Assembly: GCA_030390025.1 (NCBI GenBank)
Contig: CM059431.1
Coordinates: 145,206,001-145,270,000 of the forward strand
Origin: Squalus acanthias
Lineage: Eukaryota
Reading direction: 5' to 3'
Length of the DNA: 64,000 nucleotides
The notes beneath the pieces are model-generated. The model was not told the DNA's origin. It ran no database searches and saw nothing but the letters and a program-made list of their open reading frames with translations. The position numbers were made by a program, and so were the translations under genes. Shown here piece by piece: positions 12,260 to 26,159 of the stretch; position 1 is the first letter of the stretch, and each line of letters opens with the position of its first letter.

Positions 12260-13960
12260 AGGATGACCAAAAATTGATAAAAAGGGAGAACATAGAATAT
12301 GAGATTATACTCGCAAGAAACATAAAAAAGATTGCAAGTGCTTCTACACGTGTATAAAAAGGAAGAGAGTAGCAACAGCAAGCACTGGTCCCTTAGAGAT
12401 TGATACAACAGAAATTATAATGGGAAAATAAGGAAATGGCAGAGATTTTAAACAAATATTTTGTATCTGTCTGCACAGTAGAAGACACAAATAGCATACC
12501 AAAACAGCGGTGATCCAAGGGGGTAATGAGTATGAGGAACTTAAAGCAATTAATATCAGTAGAGAAAAGAGTACTTGAGAAACTAACATGTCTAAACGCC
12601 GACAAATTTGCTGGAGCTAATGGCCTACATTTTGGGATGTAAAAAAAGGTGTCTGCAGAGATAGTGAATACATTGGTTGTGATCTTCCAATGTTCCCTAG
12701 ACTCTGGAAGAGTCCCAGCGAATTTGAAGGTAGAAAATGTAACCTCGCTATTCAAGAAAGGGGGAAGAGAAAATAGGTAATCAGATGTCAGTTAGCCTGC
12801 CATCAGTCGTCGGGAAAATATAGGAATTCATTATTTGAGAGAGTGGTATCAGGGCACTTAGAAAATCTTAACATGATTAGGTAGAGTCAACCTTGTTATA
12901 TGAAAGGGAAATCATGTTTAACAATTTTTTTAGTGGTGTTTGAGGATGCAAATAGTAGGGTAGATAAAGGGGAAACAGCGGATGTAATATATTTGGACCC
13001 GCTGACAAAAAAAAACACTTTCCCACACGACCCGACACCAATCGCGCCCACTGACCCCCGCAAAACTCCGGCCAAAGAACCTGCAAAGGGATATGAACAG
13101 TTTAAGAGTGCAGGTGATAAGGTGGCAGATGGAATATAATATGGAAAAATGCAAGGTTATTCACTTTGGTAGTAAGAATAGAAAAAAAGAATACGTTTTT
13201 AAAGCGTGAAAGCTATTGAATGTTGGAGTTCAGAATGATTTAGGTGTCCTCATACAGGAAACATAGAGAGTTAGCATGCAGGTGCAGCAAGCAATTAGAA
13301 AGGCGAATGGAATGTTGACCTTCACTGCAAGCGGGTTGGAGTACAAGAGTAAGGATGACTTTCTTCAATTGTACAGGGCTTGGGCGAGACCACACACGCA
13401 GTACTGTACACAGCTTTGGTTCCCTTATCTGAGGAAATATATACCTGCCTTAGACGCGGTGCAACGAAGGTTTACTAGATTGATCCCTGGGATGATAGTG
13501 TTGTCCTATGCGGAGAGAGTGAGTAGATTGGGTCTATACTCTCTGGAGTTCAGAAGAATGAGAGGCAATCTCATTGAAACACACAAGATTCTGAGGGAGA
13601 CTGACAGTGTAGATGCTGAGTGTTTGTTTCCCCTGGTGGGTGGGTCGAGAACTAGGGGGCATAATCTCAGGATAGGAGGTCATTAAATTAAGACTGAGAT
13701 GAGAAGGAATGTCTTCACTCAGAGGGTTTTGAATCTTTGGAATTCTCTACTACAAAGGGCTGTGGATGCTGAATCGTTGAGTATATTCAAGGCCGAGATA
13801 TGATAGATTTTTGGACTCTAGTGGAATCAAGGGATGTGGATACCGGGCAGGAATTTGGAGTTGAGCTTGACGATCAGCCATGATCCTATTGAATGGCAGG
13901 GCAGGTCGAGGATCCATATGGCCTACTCCTGATCCTAATTCTTATGTTTTTATGTTCTTA
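12260..13960 (+). mobile_element. CR1 LINE ORF2 3' half with tail (paralogues ~18660-20335 and ~25100-27200)
   Basis: KGKSCLT and QVQQAIRKANGML..YSLEFRRMRG motifs; TTCTTATG-type tail. Confidence 0.88.
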
Positions 13961-14079
13961 AATGAGGCATCTCACAGTAAATTAATTTCTGAATAATCAT
14001 CTTTTGTTACCTGAACCATTATGTTAACTTTGAACTACTACACAAATAAACGGCAATTTTGCTACATTGAAATACAAAA

Positions 14080-15005
14080 ATGGTGCTCAGTATATTCAGG
14101 GCCCTGATCTTTTGCTGCGGCTCCTGATTCTGGTCCCATAGAGTCCGGGTTAGTTATCGGTGTGGGTCTGCAGGTTACTTAACACACCCTGAGTAAAGAT
14201 CAGTTACACATCACAGTCATAAACACCACCTTCAGTCTGATTAGTACAATCCCTCCCCGCCCTGTTCTCTGGTGCAGAGCGCGATCAGAATCACACACGA
14301 TTTTATCGGATTGAATTGTACTGAATAATTACTGACGTTTTAGCCAATGTCATTAAAAATAATTGCGATAACAATGGCTACATTTCCCTCAGCTCTTCCA
14401 TCTGTGGTTCAAATGACCCCGCAGAGAGACCGAGTTCTGTAGCCTGATGCAGCTCCGTGTCCTCAATCCGATTTCATTGCTCAGCATAAAAGCTGCTTGT
14501 TATCGGAATATAAAAGGGCAGAGAGAGCATGGGACAACGATCGCTGTTAGTTTATTGGGATCAAACATCAGAGGGAAGGGCACAGTGAGCTCTCGGAGTT
14601 AACACGTTAATGTTTTGGAATTAACTTCCCTTTCGAACATTAGCTGTTTATTTGACCAGATTCTAACTCTGTGTAAATGTAATTCATTAGGACCCCGGCT
14701 CTATTAATCTGGGTATCAGGTTTATTACAATGTTCACCTGATCTGGATTGACATGGAGTTCACAATTCCCGTCACATGACCAGTTACAGGTTAGTTTCCA
14801 ATGATGGTCATTTATCAGCTACAGAGCAATGATTATAAAATCCGGGAGAAAGTCTCCAGTTAATGAGTAACAGTCTCGGCCTTGATAATGTTGTTCACAA
14901 CCATGAGTATTATGGTCCGGGTTTCAGTTAATGGAACTGAATCAGCAAATGTGTGCGGTAAACAAGAAAATGATTGGTAACATTGACCAGTTAACCTTTA
15001 TTGGT
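14080..15005 (+). pseudogene. MHC alpha-like pseudogene, copy B (leader 14080-14148; exon 2 14278-14545; C1 ~14713-15004)
   Basis: Same exon/intron signals as copy A. C1 reads VT*PVTG*FPMMVIYQLQSNDYKIREKVSS**VTVSALIMLFTTMSIMVRVSVNGTESANVCGKQENDW*H*PVNLYW; the first Cys codon is TGA. Confidence 0.7.
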
Positions 15006-16047
15006 GTAGCTTTAAATTCATTTTTTCATTTCATTGTATAAGAATCTGTCAGCGGATTCAATTCATTATGAGACTGAGACACGCTAAATAAAATGATGAA
15101 TTTCAGAATAAGAATTTGCATTTAACATAAATGATGAAACGTTCTAATATATCTCCGAGTCCTCTGTGTCTGATTCACCTTCCTCCTTCTCCGCGCTGCT
15201 CCTGCATATGCTTCATGTCTGATTCCCCACCTATTCTGTTCCTGATGTTTCCTTCCCTCCCCCAACTGCTACAATCCTAATTCTCCCCGTTACCTTCCTT
15301 TCCTCCTGCGCTTTTCCTGATTCAGTCCCTGCATCCGTTCGACCTCCGGCTCTATACCTGATGCTCCCTGCCCTTCCCTTTCCATCTCTTCTATACCTGG
15401 TTATCTTCCCTGCATCCCTATCCATTATGCTTCATGTCTGATTCCCCATTCAACACAAAGAATACATCAAAGCTATTCAATGTACTCCAGCGTCACACTA
15501 AGTGTCCACATAATCCCCCATAAACTACAGATCCCTCTCCTATTAACTTCACCGAATGCAGTTACCGATTGGGAAAATGGTACCTACAATACCAGGCTAG
15601 CAGCCGCCTCAAGTTTCTCTTCAATATCCCTTTCTTTTTGTTCAGACATCTCCATATTTAAAAACTCCCAATGATTCTCATTCTACCCGATGGTTTTATC
15701 TTTTGTCTCTCGCTGCCTAATATAGGCCCTGGTTGGCCAATTTGAAACGCTGCAATCCTGTGTTGACGTTGCTGCTAGGATTGTGATAACAATGCAATTG
15801 CAGGATTTTCAGTCAGCAATGATGAAGTAACCATGATATGTGTCCAATTCAGGATGGCCTGTGACATACAGGGGACACCACTTAACTGCACTTATCCTTA
15901 TCAGTGATAGAGAGAGCTGGTCTGAGCGATGTTGTCAATTTAGGCATGGTGATTTGCAGTGGACGGGATGTATATTATGGACATGGAATCACGTAGAACG
16001 TCTTGACCTGAATGACGCCGAGCTTTATGAGTGGTCTTGTGGATGCA

Positions 16048-19000
16048 GTGGGCATGGCTGAGGTACCAAATGATTACTTTGCATCTGTCTTCACTCAATA
16101 ACACGATACTGCCAATTTTTCAGTAAAGGGGAAGGAGGTAGAGAAATTGCATGGGATATTATCAGACCAAGAGTAGGTACTGAAACGGTTGACAGTCTTC
16201 AAGCGGAAAAGTCACGTGGTCTGGATGGGCTGCATCCTGGGTTGCTGAGAGAAGTAAGGCTCTGGCCACAATCTTTGAATCCTCCTTGGATAAGGGAGTG
16301 GTGCCAAAGGACTGCAGAATTGAAAATGTTACGCTCATCTTCAAAAATGGGGATTGTGATAAACCAAGTAACTACAGGCGAGTCAGTCTAACGCTGGAAA
16401 CTTCTTTAGAAAAATCATTGAGACAATAGCCAGTGTCAAAATTACTTGCCACTTGGAAGAACATTGGGTTTACAAACGACAGCCAAAACAGATTGGATAA
16501 AGGCACATCGAGTCTGACTTGGTTGTTTTTTTTCAATGAAATAATGGAGTGTACTGTAGAAGGTTGTACAGTTGATGTTGTGTATATGGACTTTCAGAAG
16601 GCGTTTGATAAAGAACCACATAATAGACTTGTTGCTAAAATTGAAGCAAAAGATGTTAAACGTGCAATGTTAGCGTGGATGCTAAATTAGCGAAGGGACA
16701 GAAAGCAGAAAGTTGTGGCGAACTAATGTTTTGCAGGCTGGAGAGAAATGTAAAGTGGTATCGTCAGGGGTCGGTTTTACGAGCATTGCTCTTTCTGATA
16801 TATATTCAAGACCTGGACTTGGGTATACAGGGCATCATTTCAGAGTTTGCAGGTGATATGAAACTCAGAAATGTCATAAATCCTGAGGGGAATGGTAAAA
16901 GAATTCAGGAGGACATAAATCGTCTGCTGAAATGGACAGACATATGGCAGTTGAAATTTAATGCAGAGGAGTGTGAAGTGATGCATTTTGGAAGAAAGAA
17001 TCAGGATATGCAATACAAAATAAATAGTACAAAGGTAAAGGGGGTGCAAGAACAGGCAAACATGGGGGCATACATACAGAAATCTTTGAAGGTGGCAAGA
17101 CAAGTTCATAAGGCTTTTAGAAAAGTATCCGGGATCATTGGCTTTATAAATAGAGACAAAGAAATATAACAGTGGGCTATTCATTGGCTCGAGTCTGATC
17201 CGCCATTCAGTTCCATCATGGCTGATCTTTATCTTAACACCATTTACCCACCTTGGTTCTATTACCGTAAATACCCTGGTCAAACAAAAATCTATCAAAC
17301 TCAGTTTTGAAATTTTCAATTGACCCCCAGCCTCAACAGTTGTTGAGGGCGCGTGTTCCAGATTTGCACTACCCTTTGTGTGAAGTACATACCTTAACGG
17401 CCCAGCTCTGCTTTTAATGTTATGCCCCCTTGTAATGGACTCCTACAGCAGAAGAATCTCTTTTTATCTTATTAATTTTTTAGATCATCGTAAACACCTC
17501 AATTTAATCACCCGTTAATATTGTATACTCAAGGGAATACAAGCTTCGTCTGTGCAATCAGTTCTCATAATTTAACTCTTAAATCTGAACTGCACCACCA
17601 CCAAAATCCATGATATCCTTCCTGAACTGCGGTGCCCACAACTTAACGCAGTGCTCTAAATCGGTTCTAACCAAGGCTGTGAAATTACATCTATCTCTTT
17701 GTATTCCAGCCCTCTTGAGATAAAGCCCAATGCTCCATTTGCCCGTTTTACTTATTTTAACCTATCGACTAACCTCTAGTAATTTCTATACCCGGAGTCC
17801 TAATTTTCGCTGCTCATTCGCTGTTCCTACCTACTCACTATTTAGAAAAGGCTCTGATCTTTCTTTTTCAGGTCCAATGTGAATTACCTCACACTTTCCC
17901 ACATTGAACTCCATCTGCCACAGTTATGCCCATAGAGTACAAATGCAAAAAAACTAGTAACCATTATCAAACAATGGTTAGTCCTTAGCTGGAGCATTGT
18001 ATCCAATTCTGGGCATCACAATTTGGGAAAGCTTTCAAGGCCTTGGCGATGGTGCACAGGAGATTTAATAGAATGGTAACAGAGATGAGGGACTTCAGCT
18101 CAATGCAGACACAAGAGAATCTCTAAATGCTCTCCTTAGGACAGCAAAGGTTAATGGGAAATGTAATAGAAGTGTTAACATCATCAAGGTTTTTCGATAG
18201 AGTAAATATGGAGCAACTCTATCCACTGACAGAAGGGTCAGTAAAGAGAGGACACAGATTTAATGAAATTGACAAAAGAGCCAGAGGTGAGATGAGTAGG
18301 TTGTTTTAAGGTATCGCGTTATTATAATCTGGAATGCAATGCTTGAAAGAGTGTTGGGAGCCGAGGCAATAATAACTTTTAAAACTGAATTAGTTAAATA
18401 CACGAAGGAGAGAACATTAGCAGTGCTCTAGGGAAAGAGCAGGGGAGTGGGACAAATTGGATTGCTCTTTCAAATAGTCGGTACAGACACGTTGTGCCGA
18501 AAGGCCTCATTCTGTGTTGTATGGTTCCAAGTTTCTATGGTATCGACCTCTGACACTTTGTTCCTAAGCGTGTAATAAACGATACATGTACTTGAATGCT
18601 ATTTACAGAAGCAGACCTTTAGCGTGTGAAATTGCATTTGGAAGTATTATTCTGCTAACCAGCAATGAAAACCAAAAATTGATAAAAACGTAGAAAATGG
18701 AATTAAAGTGTACTAGCAACAAACATATAAAAAGTTTGCAAATGCTTCTACAACTATATAAAAAGGAAGAGAGTAGCAAAAGTCCCTTACAGGCAGAGGC
18801 AGCAGAAATTATAATGGGAAATAATGAAATGGCAGAGAATTTAACAAATATTTTGTATCTGTCTTCACAGTAGAAGAAACAAATAGCATACCAAAAATAG
18901 TGGGGAACACAAGGGGCTAATGAACGTGAGGAATTTAAAGTAATTAATATCAGTACAGAAAAAGTACTTGAGAAACTAACATGGCTAAAAGCCGACAAAT

Positions 19001-22000
19001 TCCTTGGACCTGATGGCCTACATCCTAGGGATCAAAAAAAGGTGGCTGCAGAGATAGTTGATTCATTGTTTGTGATCTTCCAAAGTTCCCTAGATTCTGG
19101 AAGAGTCCCAGCAGATTGGAAGGTAGAACATGCAATTCCGTTATTCAAGAAAGGGGGGAGAGAAAACAGTGAACCACAGGTCAGTTAGCCTGTCATCAGT
19201 CGTCGGGAAAATGCTGGAATCCATTATTAAGGAAGTGGTATCAGGGCACTTAGGAAATCTTAACATGGTTAGGCAGAGTCAACATTGTTATATGAAAGGG
19301 AAATCATGTTTAACAAATGTATTAGTGGTGTTTGAGGAAGCAACTAGCAGGGTAGATAAAGGGGAAACAGTGGAATTAATATATTTGGACACGCTGTCAA
19401 AAAAAGCACTCTCCCACCCGACCCGCCACCAATCGCGCCCACTGATCCCACGCAATATTCCGGCCAAAGAGCCTGCAAAGGGATATGAATCGGTTAAGAG
19501 TGTGGACAATAAGGTGGCAGATGGAAAATAAGTGGGAAAAATGTGAGGTTATTCACTTTTGTAGGAAGAATAGAAAAACAGAATAGTTCTTAAATGGTGA
19601 AAAACTATTAAATGTTGGTGTTCAGGGTGATTTAGGTGTCCTCGTACAGGAAATATAGAGAGTTAGCATGTAGGTACAACAAGCAATTTGAAAGGCGAAT
19701 GGCATGTTGACCTTTATTGCAAGCGGGTTGGAGTACAAATGTAAAGAAGTCTTGCTTCAATTGTACAGGTCTTTGGTGAGACCACATCTGGAGTACTGTA
19801 CACAGTTTTGGTCCCTTATCTGAGGAATGATAAACTTGCCTTAGAGGCGGTGCAACGATCCCTGGGATGATAGGTTTGTCCTATGAGGAGAGATTGAGTA
19901 GATTGGGTCCATACTCGCTGGTGTTTAGACGAATGAGAGGTGATCTTATTGAAACACACAAGATTCTGAAGGGGATTGACAGGGTAGATGCTGAGTGATT
20001 GCTTCCCCTGTTTGGAGTGTGTAGAATTGGAGGCATAATCTCAGGATAAGGATTAGGTCATTCAAGACTGAAATGAAGAGGAATTTCTTCACTCAGAGGA
20101 TTGTGAATCTTTGGAATTCTCAACTACAAATGGCTGCATATGCTGAATCGGTGAATATATTCAAGGCCGAGATAGACATATTTCTGGACTCTCATGGAAT
20201 CAAGGGATGTGGATATCGAACAGGAAATTGGAGTTGAGCTTGAAGATCAGCCATGACCTTATTGAAGGGTGGAGCAGGCTCGAAGGTCCGTATGACCCAC
20301 TCCTGCTCCTAATTCTTATGCTTTTATGTTCTTAAATGAGGCAGCTCACAGTAAATTAATTTCTGAATAATCATCTTTTGTTACCTGAACCATTATGTTA
20401 GCTTTCAACTACTACACAATTAAACGGCAATTTCGCTACATTAAAAGACAATAATTTTGCTCAGTATATCCCGGGCCCTGATCTTTTGCTGCCGCTCTTG
20501 ATTCTGTTTCCAGAGAGTCTGGATAAGTTAGCGTTGTGGGTACTGCAGGTTAATCAACACACCCTGGGTAAAGATCAGTTACACATCACAGTCAAAAACA
20601 CCACCTTCAGCCTTATCAGTACAATCCCTCCCCGCCCTGTTCTCTGGTGCAGGGCACAAACTGAATCACACACGATTTTATTCGGATTGAATTGTACGGA
20701 ATAATTACTGACCATTTAGCCAATGTCATCAAAAGTAATTGCGATAACAAGGGCTAAATTTCCCCTAGCTCTTCCCTCTGCGGTTCAAATGACCCGGCAG
20801 AGAGACCGAGTTCTGTAGCCTGATGCAGCTCCGTGTCCTCAATCCGATTTCATTGCTCAGCATAAAAGCTGCTTGTTTTCGGAGTATAAAAGGGCACAGA
20901 TAGCAAGGGATAAAGATCGTTGTTAGTTTATGGGGATCAAACAGCAGAGGGAAGGGCACAGTGAGCTCTCGGAGTTAACACGTTAATGTTTTGGAATTAC
21001 CTTCCTTTCGATTATTATCTGCTGCTTTCACCAGATTCTAACTCTGTTTAAATGTAATTGATTAGGACCCCGGTTCTATTAATCTGGGTATCAGGCTTAT
21101 TACAATGATCACCTGATCTGGATTGACATGGAATTCACCTCCTGTCACATGACCAGTTACAGGTTAGTTTCCAATGATGGTAATTTATCAGCTACAGAGC
21201 AATGATTATAACATCCGGGAGATAGTCTCCATTTAATGAGTAACAGCGTCGGCCTTGATAATGTTGTTCACAACCATGAGTATTAAGCTCCGGGTTTCAC
21301 TTAATGGAACTGAATCAGCAAATGTGTGCAGTAACCAAGAAAATGTTTGGTAACATTGGCCAGTTAACTTTTTTTGGTGGTGTTTTAAATTCATTTTCTC
21401 ATTTCATTGTCTAGGAAACTGTCAGCGGATTCAATTCATTATGAGATTGAGACTCGCTGAAAAATTAATGAATTTCAGAATAAGAATTTGCATTTAATAT
21501 AAATTATAAAACGTTATATTTCTCCGACTCCTCTGTGTCTGATTCCCCCTCCTCCTTCTCCGTGCCGCTCCTTCCTGTGTTTCATGTCTGGTTCCCCACC
21601 TGTTCTGTTTCTGATGTTTCCTTCCCTCCCCCACCTGCTACAATCATAAATATCCCCTTTACCTTCCTTTTCTCCTGCACGGTTCCTGATTCAATCCACG
21701 CATCCGTTCGCCCTCCCGCTCTATATCTGATGCTCCCTGCCCTTCCCTTTCCATCTCTTCTATACCTGGTTATCTTCCCTGCATCCCTATCCATTATGCT
21801 TCATGTCTGATTCCCCATTCACCACAAAGAATACATGAAAGCTATTCAGAGTACTCCACCGTCACATAAGTGTGCACATAATCCACTATAACATACAGAG
21901 TCCCTCTCATATTATCTACACCGAATGTAGTTACCGATTGGGAAAACGGTTCCTACAATACCAGGCTAGCAGCCGCCTCATGTTTCTCTTCAATATTCCT

Positions 22001-22471
22001 TTCTTTTTGCTCACACATCTCCATATTTTAAACCTTCCATTGTTTCTCATTTTACCGATGGTTTTATCTTTTGTCTCTCGCTGCCTCAAATAGGTTCTGG
22101 TTGGACATTTTGAAACGCTGCAATCCTGGGGTGACGTTGCTGCTAGGATTGTGAAAACAAGGCAATCGCAGGATTTTGAGTCAGCAATTATGATGGAACC
22201 ATGATATGTGTACAAGCCAGGATGGCCTGTGACTTACAGGTGTCATTGGGGTAGCGGCTATCTCAAGACATTGCTGCACTTATCCTCATCAGTGATAGAG
22301 GGAGCTGGTCTGAGCGGTGTTGTCAATTTAGGCTTAGTGATTTGCAGTGGATAATACAGACTGGAGCAATAGTGCACTGTTGGTGGACGGGGTTTATATT
22401 ATTGACTTAGAATCACGTAGAATGTATTGTCCTGGATGACGCCGAGCTTTATGAGTGACTTAGTGAATGCA
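16048..22471. repeat. Tandem segmental triplication, unit 2
   Basis: Collinear with units 1 and 3; starts at the junction ...ATGCA|GTGGGCATGGCTGAGGTACC. Confidence 0.9.
20454..21378 (+). pseudogene. MHC alpha-like pseudogene, copy C (ATG>ATT; leader donor GT>AT; exon 2 20653-20921; C1 ~21088-21377)
   Basis: Homology to copies A/B/D; 269-nt exon 2; C1 ends PVNFFW. Confidence 0.68.
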
Positions 22472-25400
22472 GTGGGCATGGCTGAGGTACCAAATGATTA
22501 CTTTGCATCTGTCTTCACTAAATAACACAATGCTGCCAATGTTACAGTAAAGGGGAAGGGGGTAGAGAAATTGTATAAGATATTAATAGACCAAAAGGAT
22601 GTACTAAAACGGTTGACAGTGCATAAAGTGGAAAAGTCACCCAGTCTGGATGGGATGCATCCTGGGTTGCTGAGAGAAGTAAGTCTCTGGCCACAATCTT
22701 TGAATCCTCCTCGGATAAGGGAGTGGTGCAGAGCACTGGAGAATTGAAAATGTTACACCCATCTTAAAAAATGGGGAGTGGGATAAACCAAGTAACTACA
22801 GGCGAGTCAGTCTAACGCTGGAAACTTCTTGATAAAACTCACTGAGACAATAGACAGAGACAAAATTACTTGTCACTTGGAAGAACATTGGGTTAACAAA
22901 CGACAGCCAAAACAGATTGGATAAAGGCACATCGAGTCTGACCTGTTTTTTTTTCATTGAACTAAGGGAGCGGACTGTTGAAGATTGTACAGTTGATTTT
23001 GTGTGTATAGACTTTCAGAAGGCGTTTGATAAAATACCTCATAATAGACTTGTTGGTAAAATTGAAACCAATGATATTAAAGGTGCAATGTTACCGTGGA
23101 TACTAAATTAGCGAAGGGACAAAAAGCAGAAAGTTGTGGCGAACTAATGTTTTTCAGGCTGGAGAGGAGTATACAGTGTTATCGCCAGAGATGGGTATAA
23201 CGAGCATTGCTCTTTCTGATATATAGTAAAGACCTGGACTTGGATATACAGGGCATCATTTCAGAGTTTGCAGATGACACGAAACTCAGAAAAGTCATAA
23301 ACCCTGAGGAGGAAAGTAAAAGAATTCAGGATGTCATAAACCGTCTGCTAAAATGGACAGACATATGGCAGGTGAAATTAAATGCAGAGTTAAGTGTGAA
23401 GTATGCATTTTGGAAGAAACAATGAGAATATGCAATATAAAATAAATAATGCAAGAGTAATGGGGGTGCAAGAACAGGCAAACATGTGGGCATACATACA
23501 GAAATATTTGAAGGTGACAGGACCAGTTCATAAGGCTTTTAGAAAAGTATACGGGATCATTGGCTTTATAAATAGAGACGTAGCAATATAACACTAGGCT
23601 ATTCATTGGCTCGAGCGTGTTCCGCCATTCAGTTCCATCATGGCTGATCTTTATCTTAACACCATTTGGCCGCCTTGGTTCCATTACCGTAAATAACCTG
23701 GTCAAACAAAAATCTATCAAACTCAGTTTTGAAATTTTCAATTGACCCCCAGCCTCAACAGTTGTTGAGGGCGCGTGTTCCAGTTTTCCTCTATCCTATG
23801 TGTGAAGAACATACCTGAACGGCCCAGCTCTGCTTTTAAGATTATGCCCACTTGTACTGGACTCCTGCACCAGAAGAAACAGTGTATCTCTTTTTAGCTT
23901 ATTAATTCTTTAGTTCATCCTAAACACCTCAACTTAATCACCCTTTAATATTGTATATTCAAGGGAATACAAGCTTCCTCTGTGCAATCAGTTCTCATAA
24001 TTTAACTCATAACTCTGAGCTGCACCAACACCATAATCCATGAGATCTTTCCTGAGGTGCGGTGCCCAGAACTAAACACAGTGCTCTAAATCGGTTCTAA
24101 CCAGAGTTCTGTCCAGCTGTGACATTACCTCTACTCCTTTGTATTCCAGCCCTCTTGAGATAAAGTCCGACGCTCCATTAGCATTTTTAGTTATTTTAAC
24201 CTATCGACTAACTTCTAGTAATTTCTATCCTCGGAGCCCTAATTCCCTCTGCTCATTCACGGTTCCTAGCTACTCACTATTTAGAAAATACTCTCATCTC
24301 TCTTTTTCAGATCCAATGTGAATTACCTCACACTTTCCCACATTGAACTCTATCTGCCACAGTTGTGTACATAGAGTACAAATGCAGCAAATCTATTAAC
24401 CATTATCAAGCATTGGTTAGTCCTTAGCTGGAGCATTGTATCCAATTCTGGGCATCACACTTTGGGAAGGCTTTCAAGGCCTTGGCGTTGGTGCACAGGA
24501 GCTCTACTGGAATGATAACAGAGATGAGGGACTTCAGCTAAATGTAGCCACAAGAGAATCTGGAAATGCTCTACTTAGGACAGCAAAGGTTAAGGGGAGA
24601 TTTAATAGAAGTGTTAACATCATCAAGGTTTTTCAATAGAGTAAATAAGGAGCAACTGCATCCACTGACAGAAGGGTCGGTAAAGAGAGGACACAGATTT
24701 AATGTAATTGACAAAAGAGCCAGAGGTGAGATGGGTAGGTTGTTTTTAGGTATTGCGTTATTATGATCTGGAATGCAATGCTTGAAAGAGTGGTGGGAGC
24801 AGAGGCAATAATAACATTTAAAACTGAATTAGTTAAATACACGAAGGAGAGAACATTAGTAGTGCTCTGGGGAAAGAGCAGGGGAGTGGGACAAATTGGA
24901 TTGCTCTTTCAAATAATCGGTACAGACACGTTGTGCCGAATGGCCTCCTTCTGCGCTGTCTGGTTCCAAGTTTCTACGGTATAAACCTGTAACTCTTTGT
25001 TGCTAAGCGTGTAATAAACGATGAATGTACTTGAATGCTATTTACAGAAGCAGCCCTTTAGCGAGTGAAATTGCATTTGGAAGTTTTATTCTGCTAACCA
25101 GCAATGGAAAACCGAAAATTGATAAAAAGGGAAAAAAAAGAATGAGAGTATACTAGCAACAAACATAAAAAAGATTGCAAGAGCTTCGACAAATATGTAA
25201 GAAGGAAGAGGGGAGCAAAAGTCCCTTAGAGACAGAGATAGCAGAAATTATAATGGGAAATAAGGAAATAGCAGCGATTTTAACAAATATTTTGTAACTG
25301 TCTTCTCAGTAGAAGAAACAAATAGCATACCAAAAATAATGGGGAAACACGGGGCTAATGAACGTGAGGAATTTAAAGTAATTAATATCAGTAGAGAAAA

Positions 25401-25722
25401 ATACTTTAGAAACTAACATGGCTAAAAGCCTACAAAGTCCCAGGACCTGATGGCCTACATTCTAGGGATCAAACAAATGTGGCTGCAGTGATAATGGATA
25501 CATTGGTGTGGTCTTCCAAAGTTCCCTAGATTCTGGAAGAGTCCCAGCAGATTGGAGGGTAGAATATGCAATTCCGTTATTCAAGAAAGGGGGAAGATAA
25601 AACAAGGAACCACAGGTCAGTTAGCCTGTCATCAGTCGTCGGGAAAATGCTGGAATCCATTATTAAGGAAGTGGTATCAGGGCACTTAGGAAATCTTAAC
25701 ATGAATAGGCAGAGTCAACATT

Positions 25723-26159
25723 GTGGCATAGTGGTTAGCACTGGTGCCTCACAGCGCCAGAGACCCGGGTTCGAATCTGGCCTCGGGTGACTGTCTGTGT
25801 GGAGTTTGCACATTCTCCCCGTGTCTGCGTGGGTTTCCTCCGGGTGCTCCGGTTTCCTCCCACAGTCCAAAAATGTGCGGGTTAGGTTGATTTGGCTATG
25901 ATAAATTGACCCTTAGTGTTAGGGGGGATTAAATATGTGGGGTTACAGGGATAGGATGGGATATGTTAGGGGGAATTAAATACGTGGGGATAGGGTGGGA
26001 TATGTGTCGGTGCAGGCTCGATGGGGATTCTGTGTGAGAAAGCAGGGACAGGGTACTGGATTTGGATGATCAGCCATGATCGTATTGAATGGTGGAGCAG
26101 GCTCGACGGGCCGAATGGCCTACTCCTGCTTCTAGTTTCTATGTTTCTATGTTTCTATG
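25723..26159 (+). mobile_element. HE1 (V-SINE) tRNA-derived SINE with a CR1-type 3' tail
   Basis: A/B-box head GTGGCATAGTGGTTAGCAC...GGTTCGAATC; V-domain GTGTGGAGTTTGCACATTCTCCCCGTGTCTGCGTGGGTTTCCTCCGGGTGCTCCGGTTTCCTCCCACAGTCCAAA; TTTCTATG tail; present only in unit 3. Confidence 0.92.

Larger units (their letters stand above)
9217..16047. repeat. Tandem segmental triplication, unit 1 (CR1 mosaic + MHC-like copy B + CT tract + LINE 3' end)
   Basis: Collinear with 16048-22471 and 22472-~29405, sharing the same nested CR1 fragments and junction sequence. Confidence 0.9.

Noticed and set aside
25723..25795. tRNA gene
   Set aside because: It is the tRNA-derived head of an HE1 SINE, followed by the V-domain and a LINE tail.
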